A DNA stretch of 61,321 nt, the filler included. It is 9 parts of 9 records of this genome, joined end to end, with 100 filler letters (N's around TTAATTAATTAA, not from the genome) between each part and the next. Parts side by side here need not be neighbours in the genome. Positions count along the whole stretch, not along the records: positions 11,021 to 16,716 come from SRR31147125_65461; positions 16,817 to 22,914 come from SRR31147125_65481; 7 more parts are not named here. The stretch is one strand, 5' to 3'. Of the stretch, positions 11,021 to 18,988 are shown in pieces; the first letter of the stretch is position 1; each line of letters opens with the position of its first letter. The notes under the pieces are model-generated. The model had not been told where the DNA came from, made no database searches, and saw only the letters and a program-made list of their open reading frames with translations. Both the position numbers and the translations under genes were made by a program.

Positions 11021-11125
11021 AAGTTGCGGGGTATCCAGAAAACCCTCCTTTTTCAGGGCGTTCAGTTCAAGGCTCATGGTACCGCAAGAGACAATGGAGA
11101 TATCGGAAAATGATATTTCTTGCAT
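11021..11125 (-). CDS. N-terminus of a DUF1638-like protein (3' truncated; not in ORF track)
   Basis: AAGGAG RBS then MQEISFSDISIVSCGTMSLELNALKKEGFLDTPQL running off the contig; IVSCG..ELN N-terminus recognised from memory of the family. Confidence 0.65.
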
Positions 11126-11160
11126 GGTGTTGTCTCCTTGTGCTTCCGATCGGTTGGGTG

Positions 11161-11196
11161 ATGCATCCTCCCTTCCGGAAGGAGGAGAGGATGCAT
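11161..11196. other. Intergenic stem-loop
   Basis: ATGCATCCTC...GAGGATGCAT arms enclosing CCTTCCGGAAGG, between the reductase and the DUF1638 gene. Confidence 0.6.
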
Positions 11197-11217
11197 ATGA
11201 GTATTAAGCTGTACTGC

Positions 11218-12921
11218 TTAAAAATCAGGGTTGGAGCTGCGGAGCATGCCGTATCCCCCCTGAATGTTTTTGGTGTTGTTGATCCCGTGAGATCGGAGCA
11301 AAAGTTGCGCTTCATAGGAGCGCGGGCCTGTATCGCATATCAGGCACATCGCATCATCTTTCGACAACTCTGCGATTCTCTCGGTCAATTCGGGTTGAGG
11401 GATATTGATCCATCGCTCACCGTACTTTTCACGAAATGGCTTCGACTCCGCCTGGCCGCGCACATCGAGCACTGTTGTCTTTTCTGCATTGAAATCGGAG
11501 ACAAAAGAGCTGACATCGATGGGAGCATTGTATCCCATCATAATGTTGTCCAGCACATTGGCAGCGTTGTTGATGATATCCATGGCCGAAGCAAATGGTG
11601 GTGCGTAGGCCACTTCGAGATTCGAGATCGCCGATACATCCACGGCGTGCGGCAGAAGTGCGGCAACGGCATCCACACGCGCCTTGACGGCGTCTCCATT
11701 GGGGCCGACCGCTTCGACGCCAAGCACCCTGCGGCTCTTCCGATCGGCAATCAGTTTAACGTACATAAGCGCATGGGTCGGATAGAAATGGGCCCTGTCC
11801 GACTGGGTTACCAGTGAGTGGACCGGGTCGAACCCGGCCGCTTCGGCCTGCCGGCAAGTGAGCCCTGCCGTGGCCACACCCATGTCGAACACCTTGATAC
11901 AGAAACTGCCCACCGTACCATTAAACTGGGAGTGGACACCAGCGATGTTGGAGCCGATGACGCGTCCCTGGCGGTTGGCAAGAGAGCCCAGTGGCATTGG
12001 AACCTGGGCTCCACTGACCTGATGGACCATCTCAATGCAATCTCCCCCGGCATAGATGTCGGGATCGGAGGTGCGCAGGCATTTGTCGACAATAATTCCA
12101 CCGTGGCTGCCGGTTGAGAGGCCGGCCTCTGCCGCCAGCTTGCCGTTGGGGCGCACGCCCACTGCCAGTATCACCATGTCGCAGGGGATGCGGGTTTTGC
12201 GGGTGTGTACTGCCGTCACACCTGTCTCGGGATCGCCCACGATTTCGGTCACGCCATCGGAGAGGCGAATGTTGACGCCTTTAGACTCCATATGTTTTTG
12301 AACCAGCAGGCTCATGTCCGGTCCGATCGCCTGGGGCAGCAGTTGATCCGCCATTTCGACCAGGGTGGTGTCGACCTCCCACATGTCTGCAAGCGCTTCG
12401 GCCATCTCAAGGCCGATGGCACCGGCGCCGATGACCACTGCCCGGTTGACGGCACCCTTTGCGATTCGATCCTTGATATGCATGGCATGATTGAGGTTTG
12501 AGACGACGCTGACGCCGGGAAGATCGGCGCCCCGTATCGGCGGCACGACCGGCGTCGCACCTGTGGCCAACACCAGCTTGTCATAAGGCAGATCACTGGT
12601 GGTGTCGGAATCCAGCTCCCTTACCGTCAGTACTTTTTTCTTTCGATCAATTCGAAGCGCTTCGGTCCTGGAACGAATAGTGATGCCTTTTGCTTTTTTA
12701 AAGAAAATGCCATCGCGAACCGCATGTGAACTTGTGGAGCAAAGACCTTCTATATTCGGCACGTCGCCGCTTACAAAATAGGGGATGCCGCAACCGCCAT
12801 ATGAGAACTGCTCCTCTTTCTCGACCATGGTAATATCGGCGGAAGGCATCAGCCGTTTAAGACGACAGGCCACCTTGGGCCCAAGTGCTACGGCGCCGAC
12901 AACGAGTACTTTGAGTGTCAT
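11218..12921 (-). CDS. FAD-dependent CoA-disulfide/persulfide reductase with C-terminal rhodanese domain (Npsr/CoADR-RHD type)
   Basis: SYGGCGIPY redox Cys, LATGA, GAGAIGLE, YAGGD, AYAPPF, rhodanese LDVR...CDTGPRSY. Confidence 0.9.
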   Translation of the reverse strand: MTLKVLVVGAVALGPKVACRLKRLMPSADITMVEKEEQFSYGGCGIPYFVSGDVPNIEGLCSTSSHAVRDGIFFKKAKGITIRSRTEALRIDRKKKVLTVRELDSDTTSDLPYDKLVLATGATPVVPPIRGADLPGVSVVSNLNHAMHIKDRIAKGAVNRAVVIGAGAIGLEMAEALADMWEVDTTLVEMADQLLPQAIGPDMSLLVQKHMESKGVNIRLSDGVTEIVGDPETGVTAVHTRKTRIPCDMVILAVGVRPNGKLAAEAGLSTGSHGGIIVDKCLRTSDPDIYAGGDCIEMVHQVSGAQVPMPLGSLANRQGRVIGSNIAGVHSQFNGTVGSFCIKVFDMGVATAGLTCRQAEAAGFDPVHSLVTQSDRAHFYPTHALMYVKLIADRKSRRVLGVEAVGPNGDAVKARVDAVAALLPHAVDVSAISNLEVAYAPPFASAMDIINNAANVLDNIMMGYNAPIDVSSFVSDFNAEKTTVLDVRGQAESKPFREKYGERWINIPQPELTERIAELSKDDAMCLICDTGPRSYEAQLLLRSHGINNTKNIQGGYGMLRSSNPDF

Positions 12922-12940
12922 TTTGGTTCCTTTCTGGATC

Positions 12941-13301
12941 TTAGAGACTGATCACGGTGCTTTCACATGACTTGTGGATCATTTCGGATGCCGGCGCAAG
13001 GCGGGCGCCTTCAATCAATTCGCTCTCCTTTATTTTTTCTTGCTTTTGCGCACGGAGTGCATACCAGAATAGGGACTTCATTGGCCTGCAGATAGGTCAA
13101 GAGGTCGTCGGCAATATCGCCGGTGGCCGCACGGACATGTTCGATGATGCCCTCCCGGGCCAGATAAACCGCTTCATCCAGCAGAAAAACGCTTACGTCC
13201 TTGCCCTCCTTATGGGCGATGGTGGCCAGGTGAATACCTCGTGTGGAACGGTTGGTGTTGTTGGTTCCACAAGAAAGCAGAACAAGTACTTTGTCTTTCA
13301 T
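12941..13301 (-). CDS. DsrE/DsrF-like sulfur relay protein (one indel)
   Basis: FLLDEAV and VCTPCAKAR; removing one base from the T6 run 13033-13038 gives RKIKESELIEGARLAPASEMIHKSCESTVISL-stop at 12941. Confidence 0.88.
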
Positions 13302-13312
13302 CCTTTACTCCT

Positions 13313-13558
13313 TTAGCATTTAATAATTTTTCGAAGATATATACTGTATTCTTTTCGTTCAGCGGTTGGCAGAGGCTTGAAGGTGGTCTCGCAAGCAGAT
13401 TCCGGCAGGATGCTTTTCAGGTCCTTCTCTATGCCGGCTTCAAAACTGATGATTTCAATCACTTCCCCTGTTTTCATCTGCTTGAAGTGGTTGCAGATCT
13501 GCAACATGGAAAAAGGTATGATTGTATCTCGCAAATCAAAAGTTACCATAAGTCTCAA
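13313..13558 (-). CDS. TusA/SirA-like small protein lacking the CPxP cysteine
   Basis: FDLRDTIIPFS...MKTGEVIEII...YSIYLRK matches TusA fold spacing; alternative start ATG at 13549. Confidence 0.7.
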   Translation of the reverse strand: MRLMVTFDLRDTIIPFSMLQICNHFKQMKTGEVIEIISFEAGIEKDLKSILPESACETTFKPLPTAERKEYSIYLRKIIKC

Positions 13559-13614
13559 CCGTAGACAGACGTTTTCGGGCCAATATCGTTATCGAAATAG
13601 GCTGCTTAAGACAA

Positions 13615-13631
13615 TAGCAATCGCAGTGCCA
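13615..13631 (-). promoter_or_regulatory. Sigma54 -24/-12 promoter for the tusA-dsrE-reductase operon
   Basis: Minus strand TGGCACTGCGATTGCTA matches TGGCAC-N5-TTGCW exactly. Confidence 0.9.
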
Positions 13632-13703
13632 GACGGCCTATGCGATTAAATTAGTCGTAAAAACTGTAGGTTAAGACTTTTCCTTGCCTTACCTGGATGG
13701 ATC

Positions 13704-13743
13704 TGTTAAGTATGTTGACAATTTGGTGTTAACTTATTGAACG
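13704..13743. promoter_or_regulatory. Two candidate upstream activator (enhancer) sites
   Basis: TGTTAAGTATGTTGACA (13704-13720) and TGTTAACTTATTGAACG (13727-13743); imperfect palindromes about 75-110 nt upstream of the sigma54 promoter. Confidence 0.55.
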
Positions 13744-15137
13744 GTGTGAACGATGAAAAAAATATTCTCAACGACTATTGGAAAGCGGTGGTCGATACCA
13801 TTCAAGACGGTGTAATGATTGTCAGCCCGGACGGCACCATCGTTTCGGTCAACCGCGGGTTTGAAGAGATTACCGGCTATCGCCGGGACGAAATCCTGGG
13901 CAATTCTTGCGCCATGCTCAACTGCAGTGCCTGCGAACTGGCTCGCAAGGCCGATGGTTGCCACTGGTGCGTCATGTTTCAGAGGGGTAATTTGAAAAAG
14001 CAGAAATGTTTGCTTATCCGAAAAGATGGCCGTCCGGTGCACATCCTCAAGAATGCATCAGTGCTCAAGGATGAGGCCGGCAACATAACAGGTGCTGTAG
14101 AGACGATAACCGATGTGACCGAGCTGGTGGAGAAAGAGGCTCAGATCGAGACATACCGCAGGCAACTCGATGAGGAGGAGCGTTTTCATGGTATGATCGG
14201 CATATCGCCATCCATGCAGAAGGTCTTCGAACTCATCTCCAATGCCGCACAATCGGATGCACCGGTCATTGTCTACGGCGAAAGCGGTACCGGCAAGGAG
14301 TTGGTGGCCAGGGCCATCCATAAAACCGGGTTGCGGGAAAAACACCCCTATATCAAAGTAAACTGTGCCGCCTTGAATGAATCTCTGCTTGAGAGCGAGC
14401 TTTTCGGGCATGTCAAAGGGGCTTTCACCGGCGCACACCGGAACCGGGAGGGGCGCTTCGAGGCCGCCGATCACGGCAGCATTTTCCTGGACGAAATAGG
14501 CGATCTACCTCTCTCCACGCAAGTGAAACTACTGCGGGTGTTGGAGGAGAAGGTAGTCGAACGTGTGGGCGATCAGCGGCCGATCCATGTCGATGTCCGC
14601 ATTATTTCGGCAACCAATAGAGATCTGCAAGCGTTGATCGACAAAGGAAGTTTCCGGGAGGATTTCTTCTACCGCATCAACGTAATTCCCATTCATGTCC
14701 CGCCATTAAGAGAACGCACCGAAGATATCGCACTGTTGGCCCGCTCCTTTTTTCATCGTATTCAGATGAAAAGCGGCAAGCGCATCGAGGGTGTCTCTAA
14801 TGCGGCCTTAGATGTATTGACCCGCTACCGGTGGCCCGGCAATGTGCGTGAGCTCAAGAGCGCTTTCGAATTCGCATTTGTTTCCTGCCAGGCGTCGATG
14901 ATTGGTCCGGAACACTTCCCAGGGCATATCCTTCAAGGGGAGAAGCAGAGCAGCAGTTCCGAGGTGGTTTCGACGCAAACCCTTCAAGAGACGAAAAGGC
15001 AGAGCCTTCAAAACGCACTGCGGCAGAGTCGCGGCAATCAATCGGAGGCTGCACGTCTGCTGGGGATTTCGCGCACCAGTGTGTGGCAGCAGATGAAGCG
15101 TTTCGGCATGCGGCCGAAGGATTTTCAAACGCCCTGA
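13737..15137 (+). CDS. PAS-domain sigma54-dependent transcriptional activator (bEBP)
   Basis: N-terminal PAS with [55 protein letters not shown]; Fis-type [17 protein letters not shown]. Confidence 0.96.
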   Translation: MNGVNDEKNILNDYWKAVVDTIQDGVMIVSPDGTIVSVNRGFEEITGYRRDEILGNSCAMLNCSACELARKADGCHWCVMFQRGNLKKQKCLLIRKDGRPVHILKNASVLKDEAGNITGAVETITDVTELVEKEAQIETYRRQLDEEERFHGMIGISPSMQKVFELISNAAQSDAPVIVYGESGTGKELVARAIHKTGLREKHPYIKVNCAALNESLLESELFGHVKGAFTGAHRNREGRFEAADHGSIFLDEIGDLPLSTQVKLLRVLEEKVVERVGDQRPIHVDVRIISATNRDLQALIDKGSFREDFFYRINVIPIHVPPLRERTEDIALLARSFFHRIQMKSGKRIEGVSNAALDVLTRYRWPGNVRELKSAFEFAFVSCQASMIGPEHFPGHILQGEKQSSSSEVVSTQTLQETKRQSLQNALRQSRGNQSEAARLLGISRTSVWQQMKRFGMRPKDFQTP

Positions 15138-15168
15138 CAGATATTTCTCCCCTCCTGTCTTTTTATAT

Positions 15169-15184
15169 CGGCATAGAACCTGCA
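15169..15184 (+). promoter_or_regulatory. Sigma54 promoter candidate upstream of the transporter
   Basis: CGGCATAGAACCTGCA: GG-N10-GC spacing. Confidence 0.65.
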
Positions 15185-15215
15185 GAGATAGCCCCACAGC
15201 TTGGCAGCTATACCT

Positions 15216-15283
15216 CCATTCCATCTCCCGGCTGCATGGGCCCGAGGGACGATCACCGAAGGCCCTGCAGCAGGGAGGAATGG
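15216..15283 (+). other. Long imperfect hairpin in the transporter 5' leader
   Basis: CCATTC/GAATGG, CTCCC/GGGAG, GCTGCA/TGCAGC and GGGCC/GGCCC nested arms. Confidence 0.65.
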
Positions 15284-15329
15284 AAATCCTGTAAAATCCT
15301 CGAATACCTTGCCTGAGGAAGGAGGGCGG

Positions 15330-16370
15330 ATGAAGCACATCAAGGACAACCTTCACATTTATATGGTGGCATCGATTCTGTTGGCCATTGCCAATATCCA
15401 TATAACGGGCGGATTTGTCATACCCCGTGCACTACTTATCGGTTATGTCGTTCTGGTCGTTATTTTCCCAGTCCTGATTAACTCCAGGATCATCGAGGTG
15501 TTTAAGCATTTTAAAGAGCCGAGGCCCCTGTTCTGCAGCCTGTTCATCAACTTTGTCATCTCGCCGGCCATCGCATACGGCCTTTCGCGTCTGTTTCTTT
15601 CGGCATATCCTGAAATGGTCGCCGCCCTGCTGCTGCTCGCCCTGGTTCCTACCAGCGCCATGAGCGTGGCCTGGACCTCCTTCTCCAAGGGCAATACGGC
15701 CACGGCTCTTTACCTTATTCCGATCAACATCCTAGTTGCGGCACTGGTGGCACTCCCCTTTTTATTTCCCGTACTGGTGGGCAGTGCCATGCAGATCAAG
15801 ACGTCCACGATTGTCATGAACCTGGTCATCGTCTTTTTTGTGCCACTGATTCTCGGAGACTTTACCCGAAAGGCGATCGTGCGCAGAAAGGGCAGGGCGT
15901 TTTTCATGCAGCGCGTCAAGCCGGCCCTGGGCAGTGTCAGCGCCCTTGGTATTCTGGGGCTGATCTTCATGGCCATGTCCCTGCCGCGCAACAAAATACT
16001 TTTTGAGAACAGCACGCTGCTTCTGGCAACTGTGCTGCCCGTGCTCATCTACTATGCCGCACTTTATCTGGTGAGCACCGTCTGGTCGGTGCACCTGGCC
16101 AGACGGGGCGGGGTGCCCGGCGACAAATCCGTCGTTCTGGTATACACATCGGTCGCGCGGCACATCAATATCTGTGTGGCGCTGATCATGTCCACCTTCA
16201 CCATCGAACAGGCTGCACCCATGATGCTCTGTTTTATCATCGCATATGTTATCCAGGTGATCTCACTGGCGCTCTTTGCCCAGAGGATCGGGATCAGGAT
16301 TGCAGCCATTCAGGGACCGAGCGTGGTGGGTGTACAGAAAGTTAACACCCCAGTTTCCAATAGCGGATAA
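15330..16370 (+). CDS. BASS/Acr3-superfamily (bile acid:Na+ symporter-like) transporter
   Basis: About 10 hydrophobic helices; INFVISP, PTSAMSVAWT...KGN, ARHINIC; RBS GGAGG before ATG 15330. Confidence 0.85.
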   Translation: MKHIKDNLHIYMVASILLAIANIHITGGFVIPRALLIGYVVLVVIFPVLINSRIIEVFKHFKEPRPLFCSLFINFVISPAIAYGLSRLFLSAYPEMVAALLLLALVPTSAMSVAWTSFSKGNTATALYLIPINILVAALVALPFLFPVLVGSAMQIKTSTIVMNLVIVFFVPLILGDFTRKAIVRRKGRAFFMQRVKPALGSVSALGILGLIFMAMSLPRNKILFENSTLLLATVLPVLIYYAALYLVSTVWSVHLARRGGVPGDKSVVLVYTSVARHINICVALIMSTFTIEQAAPMMLCFIIAYVIQVISLALFAQRIGIRIAAIQGPSVVGVQKVNTPVSNSG

Positions 16371-16446
16371 AGAGTGCCTTCACTGTTATTGAAAAAGACC
16401 ATAACAGGGAGAAAACATTGGGCATTAGATACAGATAAAATATAGC

Positions 16447-16462
16447 CGGCACAGGCCATGCA
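16447..16462 (+). promoter_or_regulatory. Sigma54 promoter candidate upstream of the zinc-ribbon gene
   Basis: CGGCACAGGCCATGCA: GGCAC and GG-N10-GC spacing. Confidence 0.55.
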
Positions 16463-16550
16463 TTTTTCAGCGAAAGGTTGAGAAATTGAAATCGGCGGTT
16501 ACTATAAGTCAAACCATAACGATATAGACGGACCTATGGAGGAGAACCCC

Positions 16551-16716
16551 ATGCCCATATTCGAGTATCAGTGCAAATCGTGCCATCACTGTTTTGAAAA
16601 ACTGGTATTTTCTGAAGAAAACCGCGAGGAGATCAGCTGCCCTGAGTGCGGCCACAAAGAGGTCAGCAAACTGATCAGTTGCGTCAACGCTTTTGATGGC
16701 GCAAAGAGCGGGTTTT
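16551..16716 (+). CDS. FmdB-family zinc-ribbon protein (3' truncated)
   Basis: MPIFEYQCKSC...CPECG...KLIS; RBS GGAGGAG. Confidence 0.92.
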
Positions 16717-16816
16717 NNNNNNNNNNNNNNNNNNNNNNNNNNNNNNNNNNNNNNNNNNNNTTAATTAATTAANNNNNNNNNNNNNNNNNNNNNNNNNNNN
16801 NNNNNNNNNNNNNNNN
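16717..16816. other. Artificial contig linker
   Basis: N44-TTAATTAATTAA-N44. Confidence 0.99.
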
Positions 16817-17085
16817 GACAACCGAAATAAAACCATCCTGTATTTACTTGTGAAGAAAAGCTGAATTTATCGATTATGTTATCACCAAATATTGAGTGAG
16901 TTATGTGTGAAGGCATGCTACTAATGTATGAACTTGAGATGAAAAATTCAAGGATTATAAGAAAACTATATCATTGCTGAATTTTGCATGAAAGTTCTCC
17001 AATAAAATTTCAATAGATGTGATTCTATCGATAAGATATGTTATAATAACCACCGTTGCGATGTAAAAGATAGGAATACCACAAC

Positions 17086-18111
17086 ATGATTAAACTGTAC
17101 AAACCCACATTAAAAAGAAAGGATATGGATGCTGTTTTAAATTCTATGGTTGATGAGGCCATCAGTCCGGGAGAACGAAATAGTGAGTTTTTATCCTTGC
17201 TGCGAACCCGGTTTTCTGCAGTAGGTGGGGTACTGCTGCGGTCATATGTGAAATCATTAGAGACAGCTTGTAAGATCCTGAATCTGGGCAGTCAATCTAA
17301 AGTGGTTATCTCGCCGCTTTCTCCGGCTTGGTATATGGAAGTATTACAGCAAATCGGATGTGAAATTCTATTTGCAGATGTTGATCCCTATCATGGTTGT
17401 ATTTCAGCAGATGCCGTGAAGGAATTGATTCCCAGAAATCTATCCGCGATTATTATTCATACGCCATTTGGTAATCTGCCGGACTACAAGAAATTCAGCC
17501 AATTTACTTTGCCGATAATACTTGATCTTACACAAAGCATTGGTACTGTAAAAATTGAAGAAAACCAGCTGGAAAACTTGTCTATAACTATAATGGGATT
17601 TGAAGAAAACTCAGTTATAACTACAGGTGGAGGTGCCGCAGTTCTGGTAAATGAAAGAAAATACATAAAACCACTCGAAACTATGTTCGGTAAATCTGGA
17701 AATCTTGAAAAAATGCCGGATATGAATGCGGCATTAGGCATCGTGCAGTTGAAAGCCATGCAGTCAATGCTGGATCGCAGACATGAATACCTGGAATTGT
17801 TCAGAAATGCTCTTATGAAAACCAGACATAGATTATTGCTTGAGGATAATGATTCGATAAAGGTTAATGGTTTTACATTTCCTGTTTTGCTGGATTCTCG
17901 CATTCAGGAAGTAAGTAAATTTACAAAACGGTACAAAATTGAAACTCAGAACCCCTTTGCTGAATGTGCTGTGGACTTAGCAGATATAGATGCGGCACAA
18001 TTTGTTAACAGCATCCCACTTCGATTACGAACGCTTTTGTTCCCTCTATACCCGTTATTGTCTAAAGATCAGTTAAAAACTCTTGTAAAAGTGTTGTCAA
18101 CATTACCATAA
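17086..18111 (+). CDS. DegT/DnrJ/EryC1/StrS-like protein, apparently lacking the catalytic Lys
   Basis: LFADVDP, ILDLTQSIG, ITTGGG, MPDMNAALGIVQL, FPLYP. Confidence 0.8.
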   Translation: MIKLYKPTLKRKDMDAVLNSMVDEAISPGERNSEFLSLLRTRFSAVGGVLLRSYVKSLETACKILNLGSQSKVVISPLSPAWYMEVLQQIGCEILFADVDPYHGCISADAVKELIPRNLSAIIIHTPFGNLPDYKKFSQFTLPIILDLTQSIGTVKIEENQLENLSITIMGFEENSVITTGGGAAVLVNERKYIKPLETMFGKSGNLEKMPDMNAALGIVQLKAMQSMLDRRHEYLELFRNALMKTRHRLLLEDNDSIKVNGFTFPVLLDSRIQEVSKFTKRYKIETQNPFAECAVDLADIDAAQFVNSIPLRLRTLLFPLYPLLSKDQLKTLVKVLSTLP

Positions 18112-18115
18112 TAAG

Positions 18116-18988
18116 ATGTCAGGTAAAAATGCTATGAAACCAACTATCAAAAAAGTACTGATTGTTGTCAATCTCAATAAATCTCAGGCAAAAAGATTGG
18201 TGTCTGAAATTATTGAATATCTCGACTCGTTGTCAATTACTGTCCAGGTTATTGGTGTTACGCATAAAATTGAACCGCCTGAAGTTGATGATATTGATTT
18301 TGTTTTCAGTTTAGGCGGTGATGGTACAGTACTTTTCAGCACCAGAATTCTGCGGGATAAGGGAATACCGATTCTGCCGGTAAATCTGGGAACTTTCGGT
18401 TTTATAACAGAAGTCTCTGAGAATGAATGGAAAGATTCATTTGACAAATTTATTTCAGGAGAACTCCAGCTTTCCCAACGATTAATGATTCGTGTGGCTG
18501 TTATCAGGAATGGTGAACAGATATTCATTAACCGCGGTTTAAATGAACTGGTTGTTAAGGGAGATGGTGTTTCAAGTATCGTTAATCTGAAGATACACCT
18601 GAATGAAACAAGGTTAGGAATGTTTCGTGCGGATGGTATTTTGGTAGCTACTCCTACCGGTTCAACCGCGTATAGTTTGGCCGCCGGAGGTCCAATTCTG
18701 GATTCTGAAATGGATGCGATTATCGTAACTCCTATTTGTCCCTTTACGTTATCCAATCGACCACTAGTTGTTTCGGGAGAGGATGTAGTTCATATTGAGG
18801 TGATGGAAGGACAGCGTACGGCACTGAATCTTTCACTTGATGGCCAGGGTATGCTTACATTGGAAGAGGGTGATGTTGTTACCGTAGAGCGCTCCAGAAG
18901 CAGAGCCCTGCTTGTACTTTCCAGTAAACGAAACTTCTATGAAGTAGTAAGGGCTAAATTAAATTGGTCGGGAGATTCTGATGCTTGA
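18116..18988 (+). CDS. nadK: NAD+ kinase
   Basis: GGDGT, NLGTFGF, NE, DGILVATPTGSTAYSLAAGG. Confidence 0.96.
   Translation: MSGKNAMKPTIKKVLIVVNLNKSQAKRLVSEIIEYLDSLSITVQVIGVTHKIEPPEVDDIDFVFSLGGDGTVLFSTRILRDKGIPILPVNLGTFGFITEVSENEWKDSFDKFISGELQLSQRLMIRVAVIRNGEQIFINRGLNELVVKGDGVSSIVNLKIHLNETRLGMFRADGILVATPTGSTAYSLAAGGPILDSEMDAIIVTPICPFTLSNRPLVVSGEDVVHIEVMEGQRTALNLSLDGQGMLTLEEGDVVTVERSRSRALLVLSSKRNFYEVVRAKLNWSGDSDA

Noticed and set aside
11110..12781. Long overlapping ORFs opposite the reductase, and similar shadows in other GC-rich contigs
   Set aside because: Antisense or alternate-frame shadows of well-supported genes, with no motifs or RBS.
13011..13013. TGA ending the DsrE ORF as possible selenocysteine
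   Set aside because: It falls after a homopolymer indel and not at a Cys position; the shifted frame gives a normal DsrE C-terminus.
15201..15329. 43-aa N-terminal extension of the transporter
   Set aside because: Runs through the leader hairpin; the strong RBS sits before ATG 15330.
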